Of a stretch of 64,000 bases of DNA, positions 36,858 through 45,166 are shown piece by piece. Source of the DNA: an uncultured Thermotogaceae bacterium (GTDB taxonomy: Bacteria; Thermotogota; Thermotogae; MWEM01); contig CAZMHO010000001.1 of NCBI GenBank assembly GCA_964566085.1, forward strand, positions 3,887-67,886, given 5' to 3'. The notes beneath the pieces were generated by a model. The model was not told where the DNA came from. It saw only the letters and a list, made by a program, of their open reading frames with translations, and made no database searches. Both the position numbers and the translations under genes were made by a program. Positions within the stretch are counted from its first letter, which is position 1. Each line of letters starts with the position of its first letter.

Positions 36858-37874
36858 ATGGAGGAAAGAAAGATCGAGACAACCAATCGAATCGGGTTTG
36901 CGGAGTATCGTTATCTCATTCGGCCATCGGAATCGGAACGCTTTCCGATCGACTGGGCATCGGAGTTTCGCAACGACAATCCAATCGAAGTCGAGATCGG
37001 CTTCGGGTACGGAGAATTTCTGAGAGAAATCGCTCAAGACCGGCTTCACAATAATTTTGTCGGCATCGAGACGTCGATCTTCTCCGCGGCGAAAGCGCAA
37101 AGAAAGTTCGCGGCTTCCGGTCTCGAAAACATCCGTTTGATCATCCTGGATGCCCGTTTTGCGTTGAGAAATCTATTCGGATCCGCTTCGGTAGCGAAAG
37201 TCTATTTGAACTTTCCGGTTCCTTGGTCGAAGAACCGGCATGCGGAACGTCGCGTGATCGTTCCGGAGTTCTTTACGACCTTGACCGATATCTTGTACGA
37301 CAAGGGGATTTTCGAATTGTCTACGGATGTGGCCACTTACGCGCAAGAGGCGGTTTTACTGGGGCAATCGGCCGGTTTCGGCGTATTGACCCAGGAGATA
37401 AACCCGGACCGCGAATCCATGACCCGTTTCGAGCGCAAATGGAAACGCTTTGATCGAGACATACACTTCGTCCGGCTGCAAAAACAGAAAACCGGGAGAG
37501 TTGAAAGGGCTTTAGAGGGGATGGTACCGATACCGCATCAATTTATCAAACACGACGAAATAGATATCTCAGGATTACGGGAGATCTTGGATAAGACCTT
37601 CAAGTCCGACGACGGGAAACAGATTTGCGTCTATAAATCCATATTTAAAGACCTCGCGTGGGATCAATACCTGGTTAAAACGGTTGCGAGCGACGAAGGG
37701 TTCATCCAACAGTGTATCCTCGTGTTAGTCCGAAGAGAACAGAATTGGTTGGTAAAACTGGACGGCGCCACGAATCCCTATCGCACACCCGCCGTAAAGT
37801 TTGCAGTAAAGCAACTCGCGCAAGCCCTGACGCGAAAGAGCGACCCGATCGAAGTCGAGATCGGCTCCCCATAG
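36858..37874 (+). CDS. trmB: tRNA (guanine46-N7)-methyltransferase with a ~110-aa C-terminal extension
   Basis: IEVEIGFGYGEF (SAM loop) and LNFPVPWSK are TrmB motifs. Confidence 0.8.
   Translation: MEERKIETTNRIGFAEYRYLIRPSESERFPIDWASEFRNDNPIEVEIGFGYGEFLREIAQDRLHNNFVGIETSIFSAAKAQRKFAASGLENIRLIILDARFALRNLFGSASVAKVYLNFPVPWSKNRHAERRVIVPEFFTTLTDILYDKGIFELSTDVATYAQEAVLLGQSAGFGVLTQEINPDRESMTRFERKWKRFDRDIHFVRLQKQKTGRVERALEGMVPIPHQFIKHDEIDISGLREILDKTFKSDDGKQICVYKSIFKDLAWDQYLVKTVASDEGFIQQCILVLVRREQNWLVKLDGATNPYRTPAVKFAVKQLAQALTRKSDPIEVEIGSP
36981..37001. repeat. Repeat copy 2 (CCAATCGAAGTCGAGATCGGC)
   Basis: 20/21 identical to copy 1; encodes PIEVEIG of the TrmB SAM loop. Confidence 0.7.
37845..37865. 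repeat. Repeat copy 3 (CCGATCGAAGTCGAGATCGGC)
   Basis: 21/21 identical to copy 1; encodes the last residues (PIEVEIG-SP*) of trmB. Confidence 0.7.
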
Positions 37875-37897
37875 CCATTGCCGGGAGAGAGGATCGT

Positions 37898-38626
37898 TTA
37901 TCGTTTCTTCCGCTTGAGTGGCGTCGCGTGCGGGATGTTCTGAGGGGTGGGAAGCTTCCTCTTCTTCTTCGTGGGGGTGGGGCTGTGCGGACTGACGGTT
38001 CTCTTCTTTATCAGAACGGGGTTTGTTGTGGTAAAGGTTTGCTTTTGATTTTTGAAGAGTATTTCCGCATTCAAGTACCGTGTGAATAACTTCTTTTCCT
38101 TCCGATATCCGGGCTTCGCAAAGAAGAACCCTAAGATGCCCTGCCATTCCAACACCCAACCCCAAATCGAAATCCCTTCGATAGCGGCGCGATAAAAGAT
38201 ATTCTCAAACTCGAATCCCATGAGGTAGTAGGCGGTAAACAAAAAGAAGAAGGCGAAGACCATTTCCGCGATGGCCAATGTGTTTGACTTGCCGATCTCT
38301 TTGTTGAGTTGGAAGATATCCATGCGGATATTGTTGCGAAAGCCTTGTTCAACCATCTTTTCGGCCGTCGCGTTTCGTTTATCCTCCGGGACTTCGATCG
38401 AGATGCGAATCGGATACTTAAGGGGTATCTCTTTCGAGCAATAGTCCAAATAGTCTGTCAAATCCGGGTGTAGATCGCGCCGGCGAAAGGGAGAAGGATC
38501 CCATTCGTTGAAGATTTCGTCGTAGTGGTCGATGGTGATTTCTATGGTAAAGGTTCCGCTTTCCGGGTCATAGGGGAAGATGGAACGCAGGTAGTTTAAG
38601 TCTTTGGAAACACGAATAAAAGCCAA
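37898..38626 (-). CDS. Hypothetical membrane protein (soluble N-terminal domain, 2 TM, poly-basic C-terminal tail)
   Basis: TM helices LAIAEMVFAFFFLFTAYYLMGF and ISIWGWVLEWQGILGFFF, and a tail KKKRKLPTPQNIPHATPLKRKKR. No recognised family. Confidence 0.35.
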   Translation of the reverse strand: MAFIRVSKDLNYLRSIFPYDPESGTFTIEITIDHYDEIFNEWDPSPFRRRDLHPDLTDYLDYCSKEIPLKYPIRISIEVPEDKRNATAEKMVEQGFRNNIRMDIFQLNKEIGKSNTLAIAEMVFAFFFLFTAYYLMGFEFENIFYRAAIEGISIWGWVLEWQGILGFFFAKPGYRKEKKLFTRYLNAEILFKNQKQTFTTTNPVLIKKRTVSPHSPTPTKKKRKLPTPQNIPHATPLKRKKR

Positions 38627-38631
38627 CTCCT

Positions 38632-39102
38632 TCAGTGAATCAGATGATGCCGATACACCCTAACATCTCTTACCGACATGGTGTCTTCCGGGATAAAAAA
38701 CGTAAATAGCCAATCGACCTTTCGGAATAACGGAAGAACGTTTTCCGGCCATTCGATGAAAACGATCGCCTCTTCCGTGGAAAGGTCAAAAAACCCGATA
38801 TTTTCCAAGGCCACAGAGTCGATTCGGTAACAATCGAGGTGGAAAAGGACATTCCGGCTTTTCCCCCCCGCTTCTTTCGTCTCGTATCGGTTGATCAGTG
38901 TAAAGGTTGGGCTGCGCACCGTTCTTTGATCGAGACCGTAAGCGCCGGCCACCGCTTTCATGAAGGTGGTTTTTCCGCTGCCGAGATCCCCAGACAAGAA
39001 TACGACATCGCCTGTTTTTACCCTGGCCGCAACCGATTGCGCGAGTCCCTGAAGTTCTTTTTCGCTGATATGGTAATAGAGAGACTCTAATCGCAAACCC
39101 AA
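38632..39102 (-). CDS. tsaE: tRNA threonylcarbamoyladenosine biosynthesis ATPase TsaE
   Basis: The LSGDLGSGKTTF P-loop and YjeE family size; overlaps the glpK stop. Confidence 0.8.
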   Translation of the reverse strand: MGLRLESLYYHISEKELQGLAQSVAARVKTGDVVFLSGDLGSGKTTFMKAVAGAYGLDQRTVRSPTFTLINRYETKEAGGKSRNVLFHLDCYRIDSVALENIGFFDLSTEEAIVFIEWPENVLPLFRKVDWLFTFFIPEDTMSVRDVRVYRHHLIH

Positions 39103-40559
39103 TCGAGCGATCGCGTCACTGCCTTTTTCCAGTTCACGTATTGTCGTTCTACCTCCGCTTCTTTTTGACGATGAACTTGCCTATCTATCTCCCATAATTC
39201 TCGGAGCTCAGCCCGATCCTTCCAAAAGCCGACCGCCAATCCGGCTAAGCAGGCCGCTCCGGTTGCCGTTGTTTCGGTATTTTTCGGACGGAGAACCGGA
39301 AGTCCCAAAACGGTCGATTGATAGTTGTGCAAAAATGTATTCCTGCTGACGCCCCCATCGATTTTGAGTTCCTTGAGGGGAATTCCGCAATCGGTTGCGA
39401 TCGTGTCAGAAAGGTCGCGCACGCTATAGGCGATGCCTTCTAAGACAGAGCGAACGAGATGGTTTTTGTTCGTGGCTTGGGTCATACCGATCCATAAACC
39501 GCGCGCTTGCGGATCCCAATAGGGCGCGCCCAGACCAGACAAAGCCGGGACGAAGTATACGCCCCCGTTGTCCCGCACATTGTACGACATCTGTTCGGTG
39601 CTGGCCGGAGTCGGGGCCAACCGCAACTCATTGACGAGCCAATCGATAGAAGCGCCGCAGATGAAAACGCTCCCTTCCATCGCATAAACGAGTTCCTCGC
39701 CCATCTGCCAGGCGATCGTCGTGAGCAAATGATTTGCGGAAAACTTCGGGGCGGTTCCCAAATTCATAAGCAAGAAGGCTCCTGTCCCGTAAGTGCACTT
39801 CGCCTGTCCGGGTTCGAAACACATCTGTCCGAACAAAGCGCCTTGCTGGTCTCCAATCATCGCCGCTATCGGAATCCCGTTCGTCGAGTATCCCACGACT
39901 TCGGATGAAGTTGTCACCTTCGGCAGCGTCTCCTGACGGATACCGAACAGCGAAAGACAGTCCTCGTCCCAAGAGGTTTGACGAATGTTCAACAGCATGG
40001 TTCGCGAGGCATTGGAAACGTCCGTGACGTAGGCTTTTCCGCCGGTTAAGTGATATACGAGCCAGGAGTCTATCGTTCCGAAGGATAAGGCGCCGTTTTC
40101 CGCAGCGATTTTTACTTTTGGTACCCGCTTCATCAGCCATTCCATCTTGGTGGCGGAGAAGTACGGGTCGAGAACGAGGCCGGTTATGTCGTGAAGGATT
40201 TTTTGCTCTTGAACAAGCGCTTCGCACCGATCGGCGGTTCTTCTATCCTGCCAAACGATTGCGGGGTATAAAGACTCTCCCGTCATTCGATTCCAAGCGA
40301 TTGTCGTTTCCCGTTGATTGGTTATCCCGATCGCCGCGATATCCCTTTCTCGCAGACCAGCTTTTTCCATCGCCTGAGCCATCGTATTGTCCGCTGTGGA
40401 CAGTATCTCGGATGGGTTTTGCTCTACCCAACCGTCTTTTGGATAGCTCTGCTTCGTCGCTTGCTGAGAAAGCGATACGATCCGCAAATGATGATCGAAG
40501 ATGATTGCGCGGGTGCTCGTTGTCCCTTGGTCTAATGCAAGAATATAGCGCTCCGACAT
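39087..40559 (-). CDS. glpK: Glycerol kinase
   Basis: ILALDQGTTSTRAIIFD and FGTIDSWLVYHLTGG are FGGY/GlpK signatures. Confidence 0.9.
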   Translation of the reverse strand: MSERYILALDQGTTSTRAIIFDHHLRIVSLSQQATKQSYPKDGWVEQNPSEILSTADNTMAQAMEKAGLRERDIAAIGITNQRETTIAWNRMTGESLYPAIVWQDRRTADRCEALVQEQKILHDITGLVLDPYFSATKMEWLMKRVPKVKIAAENGALSFGTIDSWLVYHLTGGKAYVTDVSNASRTMLLNIRQTSWDEDCLSLFGIRQETLPKVTTSSEVVGYSTNGIPIAAMIGDQQGALFGQMCFEPGQAKCTYGTGAFLLMNLGTAPKFSANHLLTTIAWQMGEELVYAMEGSVFICGASIDWLVNELRLAPTPASTEQMSYNVRDNGGVYFVPALSGLGAPYWDPQARGLWIGMTQATNKNHLVRSVLEGIAYSVRDLSDTIATDCGIPLKELKIDGGVSRNTFLHNYQSTVLGLPVLRPKNTETTATGAACLAGLAVGFWKDRAELRELWEIDRQVHRQKEAEVERQYVNWKKAVTRSLDWVCD

Positions 40560-40580
40560 AAAGTCCCTCCGTTTCTGAGT

Positions 40581-40590
40581 ATTATAACAC
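40581..40590 (-). promoter_or_regulatory. Extended -10 promoter (TGTTATAAT) for glpK
   Basis: Minus-strand GTGTTATAAT lies about 20 nt upstream of the RBS GGAGGG. Confidence 0.4.
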
Positions 40591-40691
40591 GCAAAAGGGG
40601 GAATCCTCTCCGAACAAGAGGACTTTCGGAACTTGGGGGTTCATCGCGGGGTTTTTCCGTCTACGGGCACTTTCCTTAAGACTCTCCACAC

Positions 40692-40745
40692 TGGCACCCA
40701 AAAAGCGTTTCCACCCCGATGGAAACGGAAGGGGCAGGAACGCTT
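40692..40745 (-). terminator. Intrinsic terminator downstream of the AraC-family gene
   Basis: Minus-strand CGTTTCCATCGGGGTGGAAACG followed by CTTTTTGGG. Confidence 0.4.
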
Positions 40746-40765
40746 TTCCGTCTGTCTTTGATTCT

Positions 40766-41689
40766 TTACGAACGGGTTCTCTTTCTTACCGGGCGCGCTT
40801 CCATATACCCCCGAGCTCCGATGGGAGCCGATTGCACCCTCGGCCCGTCTTCATTCGCCCATTGATATCCGAAAACCTCGGGATGAAACCGTTCGATCGC
40901 CTCTTCGATTTCTCCGATCGCTTCTCTGAACTCTTCATCTGGGAAAGGGGGCCCCTGAAACATCATCATTTTACAACCGGGAAGGACGATGGTTTCATAC
41001 CCCTCGGGGAGAGTTCCCGCGTACGGCATCGGCACTTCCACCCCTTGCATATACTCGGAGGTTCCGGCGCTCCGGAACTGATCGGGCAACCACAGTCCCA
41101 AGGGTTCTTCGATCGCGTCTTCAATTCCGAGCAGCGCCTCCCACACGTCGCAACCCACTTCTTCGCAGTATTCGAAGTATTCGGCCGCTTTTTTGCCCTT
41201 TTTCACGGTAAACTTCCTTTCCGCTTTTTCGACGACGTGGACAAAGACAGTATTCGTTTTTCTTTCCTCTCTCATGGGTGTTCCGCCACCTTTCTGATCG
41301 ATTTTTGGTTTTCCCGGGTTAAGCCCCGGAATGAATAATCTGATCGGCATATCTTCTTTCTGGAAGCGGCTCGGGGTTGTTCCAAACGCTTTCGAAAAGG
41401 CTCTTGTGAAACCTTCATGACTGTCGAAAGACGAATCGAAGGCGGCTTCTACGATTTTCACACGCTCTTCCCGAATTTTGACCGCGGCGATCGTCAGTCT
41501 GAGACTGCGAATATACTCTGATGGCGTCTTTCCCGTAATTTCTTTGAACAAGATCGTCGCATATCTGTGAGAATAGCCGGAGACTCCCGACAGTTCGCTG
41601 AGAGTGATTGGCTGATCGATATGTGTTTCTATGTACCGACACATGTTTTCGACTGCTTCCGTGCGTTCCTTTCCCTCCGTTTCGATCAC
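40766..41689 (-). CDS. AraC-family transcriptional regulator with a GyrI-like effector domain
   Basis: N-terminal dual HTH (…LSELSGVSGYSHRYATILFKEITGKTPSEYIR…) and a C-terminal SRPBCC/GyrI-like region. Confidence 0.7.
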   Translation of the reverse strand: MIETEGKERTEAVENMCRYIETHIDQPITLSELSGVSGYSHRYATILFKEITGKTPSEYIRSLRLTIAAVKIREERVKIVEAAFDSSFDSHEGFTRAFSKAFGTTPSRFQKEDMPIRLFIPGLNPGKPKIDQKGGGTPMREERKTNTVFVHVVEKAERKFTVKKGKKAAEYFEYCEEVGCDVWEALLGIEDAIEEPLGLWLPDQFRSAGTSEYMQGVEVPMPYAGTLPEGYETIVLPGCKMMMFQGPPFPDEEFREAIGEIEEAIERFHPEVFGYQWANEDGPRVQSAPIGARGYMEARPVRKRTRS

Positions 41690-41783
41690 CTCCGACCAAA
41701 GGATAACACAAGCCGGTTGACATTTCTTGACTAAAAACGACGAAAAACCGGCTTTCGCCGGTTTCTATACGTGTCTTCTATGA

Positions 41784-42341
41784 TTAGCCTTCGAATTCTA
41801 TAAGTCCGATACGACCATTCTTCCGTTTATAGACGAGGTTGATTTCATCGGTGGCGTCATTCTTGAAAACGAAGAAGTCGTGGTCTAACATATCCATCTG
41901 CATAATCGCTTCTTCCACGCCCATCGGTTTTAAGAAGAAACGTTTCGTTCGGACGACCTCGAAGTCTTTTTCCTTCTCTTCATCTTTTTCGATGAGCGGA
42001 GGGGTCATCTTCGCGTATTCTTCACCGATACCAATGACTCCCGCCTTATGCCGCAGCTGCTTTTTTTCTTTGTACTTTTTCAATTTGGTTTCCATTGCAT
42101 CGACCGCTTTGTCGATCGAAGCATAAACATCCGCGGTTTTTTCCTGGACCCGTAGGGTGCCTCCCCGAATCAAGACGGTGATCTCCGCCGTAAAATTTTC
42201 TCTTTCTTTTTGTAGGCGCATATCCACTTTCACATGGTCGCCTTCCGGTAGGGTTTTGTCCAATTTTGAGATTTTTTTGTCCGCATACTCTTGAATCGAG
42301 TCACTGGGACTAAAACCTCTCGTGATTAGCCGATTATCCAT
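41784..42341 (-). CDS. hpf: Ribosome hibernation promoting factor (long form)
   Basis: The S30AE domain (ITRGFSPSDSIQEYADKKISKL…FTAEITV) plus a C-terminal dimerisation domain; a terminator hairpin lies downstream. Confidence 0.85.
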   Translation of the reverse strand: MDNRLITRGFSPSDSIQEYADKKISKLDKTLPEGDHVKVDMRLQKERENFTAEITVLIRGGTLRVQEKTADVYASIDKAVDAMETKLKKYKEKKQLRHKAGVIGIGEEYAKMTPPLIEKDEEKEKDFEVVRTKRFFLKPMGVEEAIMQMDMLDHDFFVFKNDATDEINLVYKRKNGRIGLIEFEG

Positions 42342-42357
42342 ACTACCACTCCTTTCT

Positions 42358-43389
42358 TCATTTTTTTTCAGCTTCTGTGACCTCGAATAGATCGAAAACC
42401 GGATTTGATGGTAAACGCCTTTTTAACTCTTGCCTCATTCGATCATTCTTAAAACTTCTTTTCGCGCCGAAACTATTGACGTAAATCCCGATTACCGGTA
42501 TCGGGTATAAAACGGCCAGACGTAGCCCGCCTGCCTGCATTTTCCGGAAGAGGCCGATATCCACCTGAAGGCACGTGCCATCGCGTACGATCATCTCGGT
42601 TTCGATCCTTTCCTGAATGAGTTTCTCCGCGATCCCCTGGGTGAGCGCCCCTTCCAAGTACACGGCTTTTGCACGGTCCAACTGCTTTATGATCTGAGGG
42701 TTTTGCAGTAACGTCCCTGCATAGGAGATCGTTTTTCCCTCTTCGTAGAACAAGATCACAGGTGAAAATGCATCCCTACGCTCTTCAATCCTCTTCGCAC
42801 ATTCCGGTTCGCACGAGAGTCTCTCCAACCGCTCGACCAAATAAACGGTTCGCTCTATGATCTCTTCAAAGGTTCCTTGAGATTCGGCGCCTGTCACCAC
42901 TAAGACGTAATCGGCAACCGTTTTCTGAGCATGGCTTAAACGGTTGAACGCGCCATCCACCAACACCCGGTCGCACAACCCGTGACCCAAGAAACGATCG
43001 GCTATCTCAGTCAAGTGATCCAAACCGCCTGGGTTGATGAGCTCGACGGTCGTGTCCTCGAGCGCTTTCACGATGATCGGTCTGCCGGCGGCGGTTTCAA
43101 AAGGGAAAACCTCGGCTGCTTCCAAAAGGGCTGACGCTTTGAGCGCCCGTTCTCCTGTCAGCGCATAGTTACCCTTATGGAGTATGATCTTCGGTTTGGC
43201 GCGGGCGTCTAGTACGTCCACCTCTTCCCCGTCTCTTCCGATGCTTAAAAGGAAGGTCGATTGAGAACTTTGCGACCAGATACGTGACAGCCAGTTTAGT
43301 ACGGTCGTTTTTCCGATATTTTTTTCGAGTCCTAAGATCGCATACCGCTTATGAAGCGGAAAGCTTATTGCGAATGCTTCTTTTTCCAC
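42358..43389 (-). CDS. Hypothetical ATP-binding protein (DTBS/CobQ-like P-loop near the N-terminus)
   Basis: ILGLEKNIGKTTVLNWL is a Walker-A-like motif, with VLVDGAFNRL…LVVTGAESQG downstream. The start overlaps the kamA stop by 25 nt. The family is not identified. Confidence 0.35.
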   Translation of the reverse strand: MEKEAFAISFPLHKRYAILGLEKNIGKTTVLNWLSRIWSQSSQSTFLLSIGRDGEEVDVLDARAKPKIILHKGNYALTGERALKASALLEAAEVFPFETAAGRPIIVKALEDTTVELINPGGLDHLTEIADRFLGHGLCDRVLVDGAFNRLSHAQKTVADYVLVVTGAESQGTFEEIIERTVYLVERLERLSCEPECAKRIEERRDAFSPVILFYEEGKTISYAGTLLQNPQIIKQLDRAKAVYLEGALTQGIAEKLIQERIETEMIVRDGTCLQVDIGLFRKMQAGGLRLAVLYPIPVIGIYVNSFGAKRSFKNDRMRQELKRRLPSNPVFDLFEVTEAEKK

Positions 43390-44717
43390 TCTTCGACACG
43401 GTGCAGACGGGTTGTTTCCGACGAAACTAAGCTCTTTTTGTCGCCGCTGAGCATCAGGGCCAGTCCATTCGTGCTTTTACGGTTCTGTTCCAATAGGTCA
43501 TTCGGTTTTGCGGAGGAATGATAGTCCCGGGGCTCGTCGTAGACGAACAACCCCCCTTCATAGTTCCGTAAGAGGACTTTGTTCTCCCCGATCGAAAGAA
43601 GGTATTGGGGCATCACGGGAATTTTTCCGCCACCGTAAGGCGCGTCGATCACGTAGGTGGGGACGGCTAACCCCGACGTGTGGCCCCGCAAATACTCCAT
43701 GATCTCCAAGCCCTTCGCAACGGTGGTCCGGAAGTGATAAAGTCCCTTTGAGAGGTCGCATTGGTAAATATAATAAGGGCGAACGCGATTCTTTACCAAA
43801 AGATGCACCAGTTTCTTCATAATCTCCGGGTGGTCATTGACGCCTCGTAAAAGCACCGATTGATTTCCCAGGGGAATCCCGCCGTCCGCGAGAAGGGCTA
43901 ACGCTTTTTCAGAAGCGGCGGTCATCTCATTTGGGTGGTTAAAATGCGTGTTCACCCATATGGGATGGTATTTTTTCAACATCGAAACGAGCGCTTCATC
44001 GATCCTCTGAGGCAGGACAACCGGAATGCGCGAACCAATTCGGATCATTTCGACGGAAGGCACCGCTTTGATCCTTTGGATGATTTTTTCCAAATACGCA
44101 GTGGTCAGCGTAAAGGGGTCTCCTCCGGAAAGAAGCACGTCTCGCACTTCGGAATGCTCTTTCAGATACTCAACGGCTGCATCCACGTGAGCTAAGGGTA
44201 ACGCACTATCCGTTTCCCCGGCCCTACGACGTCTGGTACAGTGCCGACAATACATGGAACACATATCGGTCAGCAGGAGCAGTACGCGGTCCGGATATCG
44301 GTGGGTGAGTCCCGGGACGGGGGAATCGATATCTTCGTGCAGCGGATCGAGCATATCTTCTTTTTGCACTTCTAGTTCGTTCAAGGTCGGTACCGCCTGG
44401 ATGCGAATCGGGTCCAACGGGTCCCGGGGATCGATTAAGGATGCGTAATAGGGGGTTATCGCCATTCTCAAGCTGTCAAGGCTGCGGGCAATGGCCATTT
44501 TCTCTGATTCCGAGAGCGGCAGCACTTTTTCCAAGGTAGCCACGTCCATTATCCGGTTCTGTATCTGCCAAGTCCAGCTGTTCCACTGTTCAGGGGTTAC
44601 GTTGTTCCAAAGTTCGATCGATTTATAATCTCTCAAAACTGAAAACCTCCTGTTTAATATTCTGTTTGATTCTCTATCTTTCGAAGGATCTCCCGCTTGA
44701 CAGACTCCGGAACCCAC
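43365..44717 (-). CDS. kamA: KamA-family radical-SAM aminomutase (lysine 2,3-aminomutase-like)
   Basis: CSMYCRHCTRRR (CxxxCxxC), a PLP-binding region, and N-terminal WNxVTPEQWNSWTWQIQNRI. The annotated 5' end overlaps coaD by 64 nt, so the true start is probably an internal TTG/GTG near 44650. Confidence 0.75.
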   Translation of the reverse strand: MGSGVCQAGDPSKDRESNRILNRRFSVLRDYKSIELWNNVTPEQWNSWTWQIQNRIMDVATLEKVLPLSESEKMAIARSLDSLRMAITPYYASLIDPRDPLDPIRIQAVPTLNELEVQKEDMLDPLHEDIDSPVPGLTHRYPDRVLLLLTDMCSMYCRHCTRRRRAGETDSALPLAHVDAAVEYLKEHSEVRDVLLSGGDPFTLTTAYLEKIIQRIKAVPSVEMIRIGSRIPVVLPQRIDEALVSMLKKYHPIWVNTHFNHPNEMTAASEKALALLADGGIPLGNQSVLLRGVNDHPEIMKKLVHLLVKNRVRPYYIYQCDLSKGLYHFRTTVAKGLEIMEYLRGHTSGLAVPTYVIDAPYGGGKIPVMPQYLLSIGENKVLLRNYEGGLFVYDEPRDYHSSAKPNDLLEQNRKSTNGLALMLSGDKKSLVSSETTRLHRVEEWKKKHSQ

Positions 44718-45148
44718 GGTTCTATCTTTCCGCCATTGAGCGCGATTTCTTTTACCAAACTCGAAGAGATAAAGGAGTATTTTGTGTCGGTCATTAAAAA
44801 AAACGTATCGAAGGGATCGAACATGCGACGATTAGCGGCGGCCATTTGCATCTCATACTCAAAGTCCGACACGGCCCTTAACCCCCGAATAATGACGTTA
44901 TGTCCCGTTGAACGGGCATAATCGACCAAAAGTCCGTGATAGCTACTGACGCGAATACTGGGTATATTTGTAAACACGTTCCGGATCATGCTGACGCGTT
45001 CTTCAACGCTAAACATCGTATGGGCTTTGGCGCGATTGTTCATCACCAGCACAATCAACTCCGAAAACACTTTCGCGGCCCTTTCGGCAACATCGATATG
45101 GCCGTATGTGATTGGATCGAAAGTCCCCGGGTACACTGCGATCGACAC
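44654..45148 (-). CDS. coaD: Phosphopantetheine adenylyltransferase
   Basis: AVYPGTFDPITYGHIDV (H/T-x-G-H nucleotidyltransferase motif). Confidence 0.9.
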   Translation of the reverse strand: MSIAVYPGTFDPITYGHIDVAERAAKVFSELIVLVMNNRAKAHTMFSVEERVSMIRNVFTNIPSIRVSSYHGLLVDYARSTGHNVIIRGLRAVSDFEYEMQMAAANRRMFDPFDTFFLMTDTKYSFISSSLVKEIALNGGKIEPWVPESVKREILRKIENQTEY

Positions 45149-45166
45149 GTCTTCTCCTTTCGAAGA

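Noticed and set aside
39628-40227. 199-aa alternative-frame ORF inside glpK
   Set aside because: It is internal to the highly conserved glpK on the same strand but a different frame. The translation is Arg-rich junk.
40560-40765. Possible riboswitch or antiterminator leader upstream of glpK
   Set aside because: The hairpin-plus-U-tract reads as a terminator on the minus strand, immediately downstream of the AraC gene. The glpK promoter lies only ~20 nt from its RBS, leaving no room for a structured leader.
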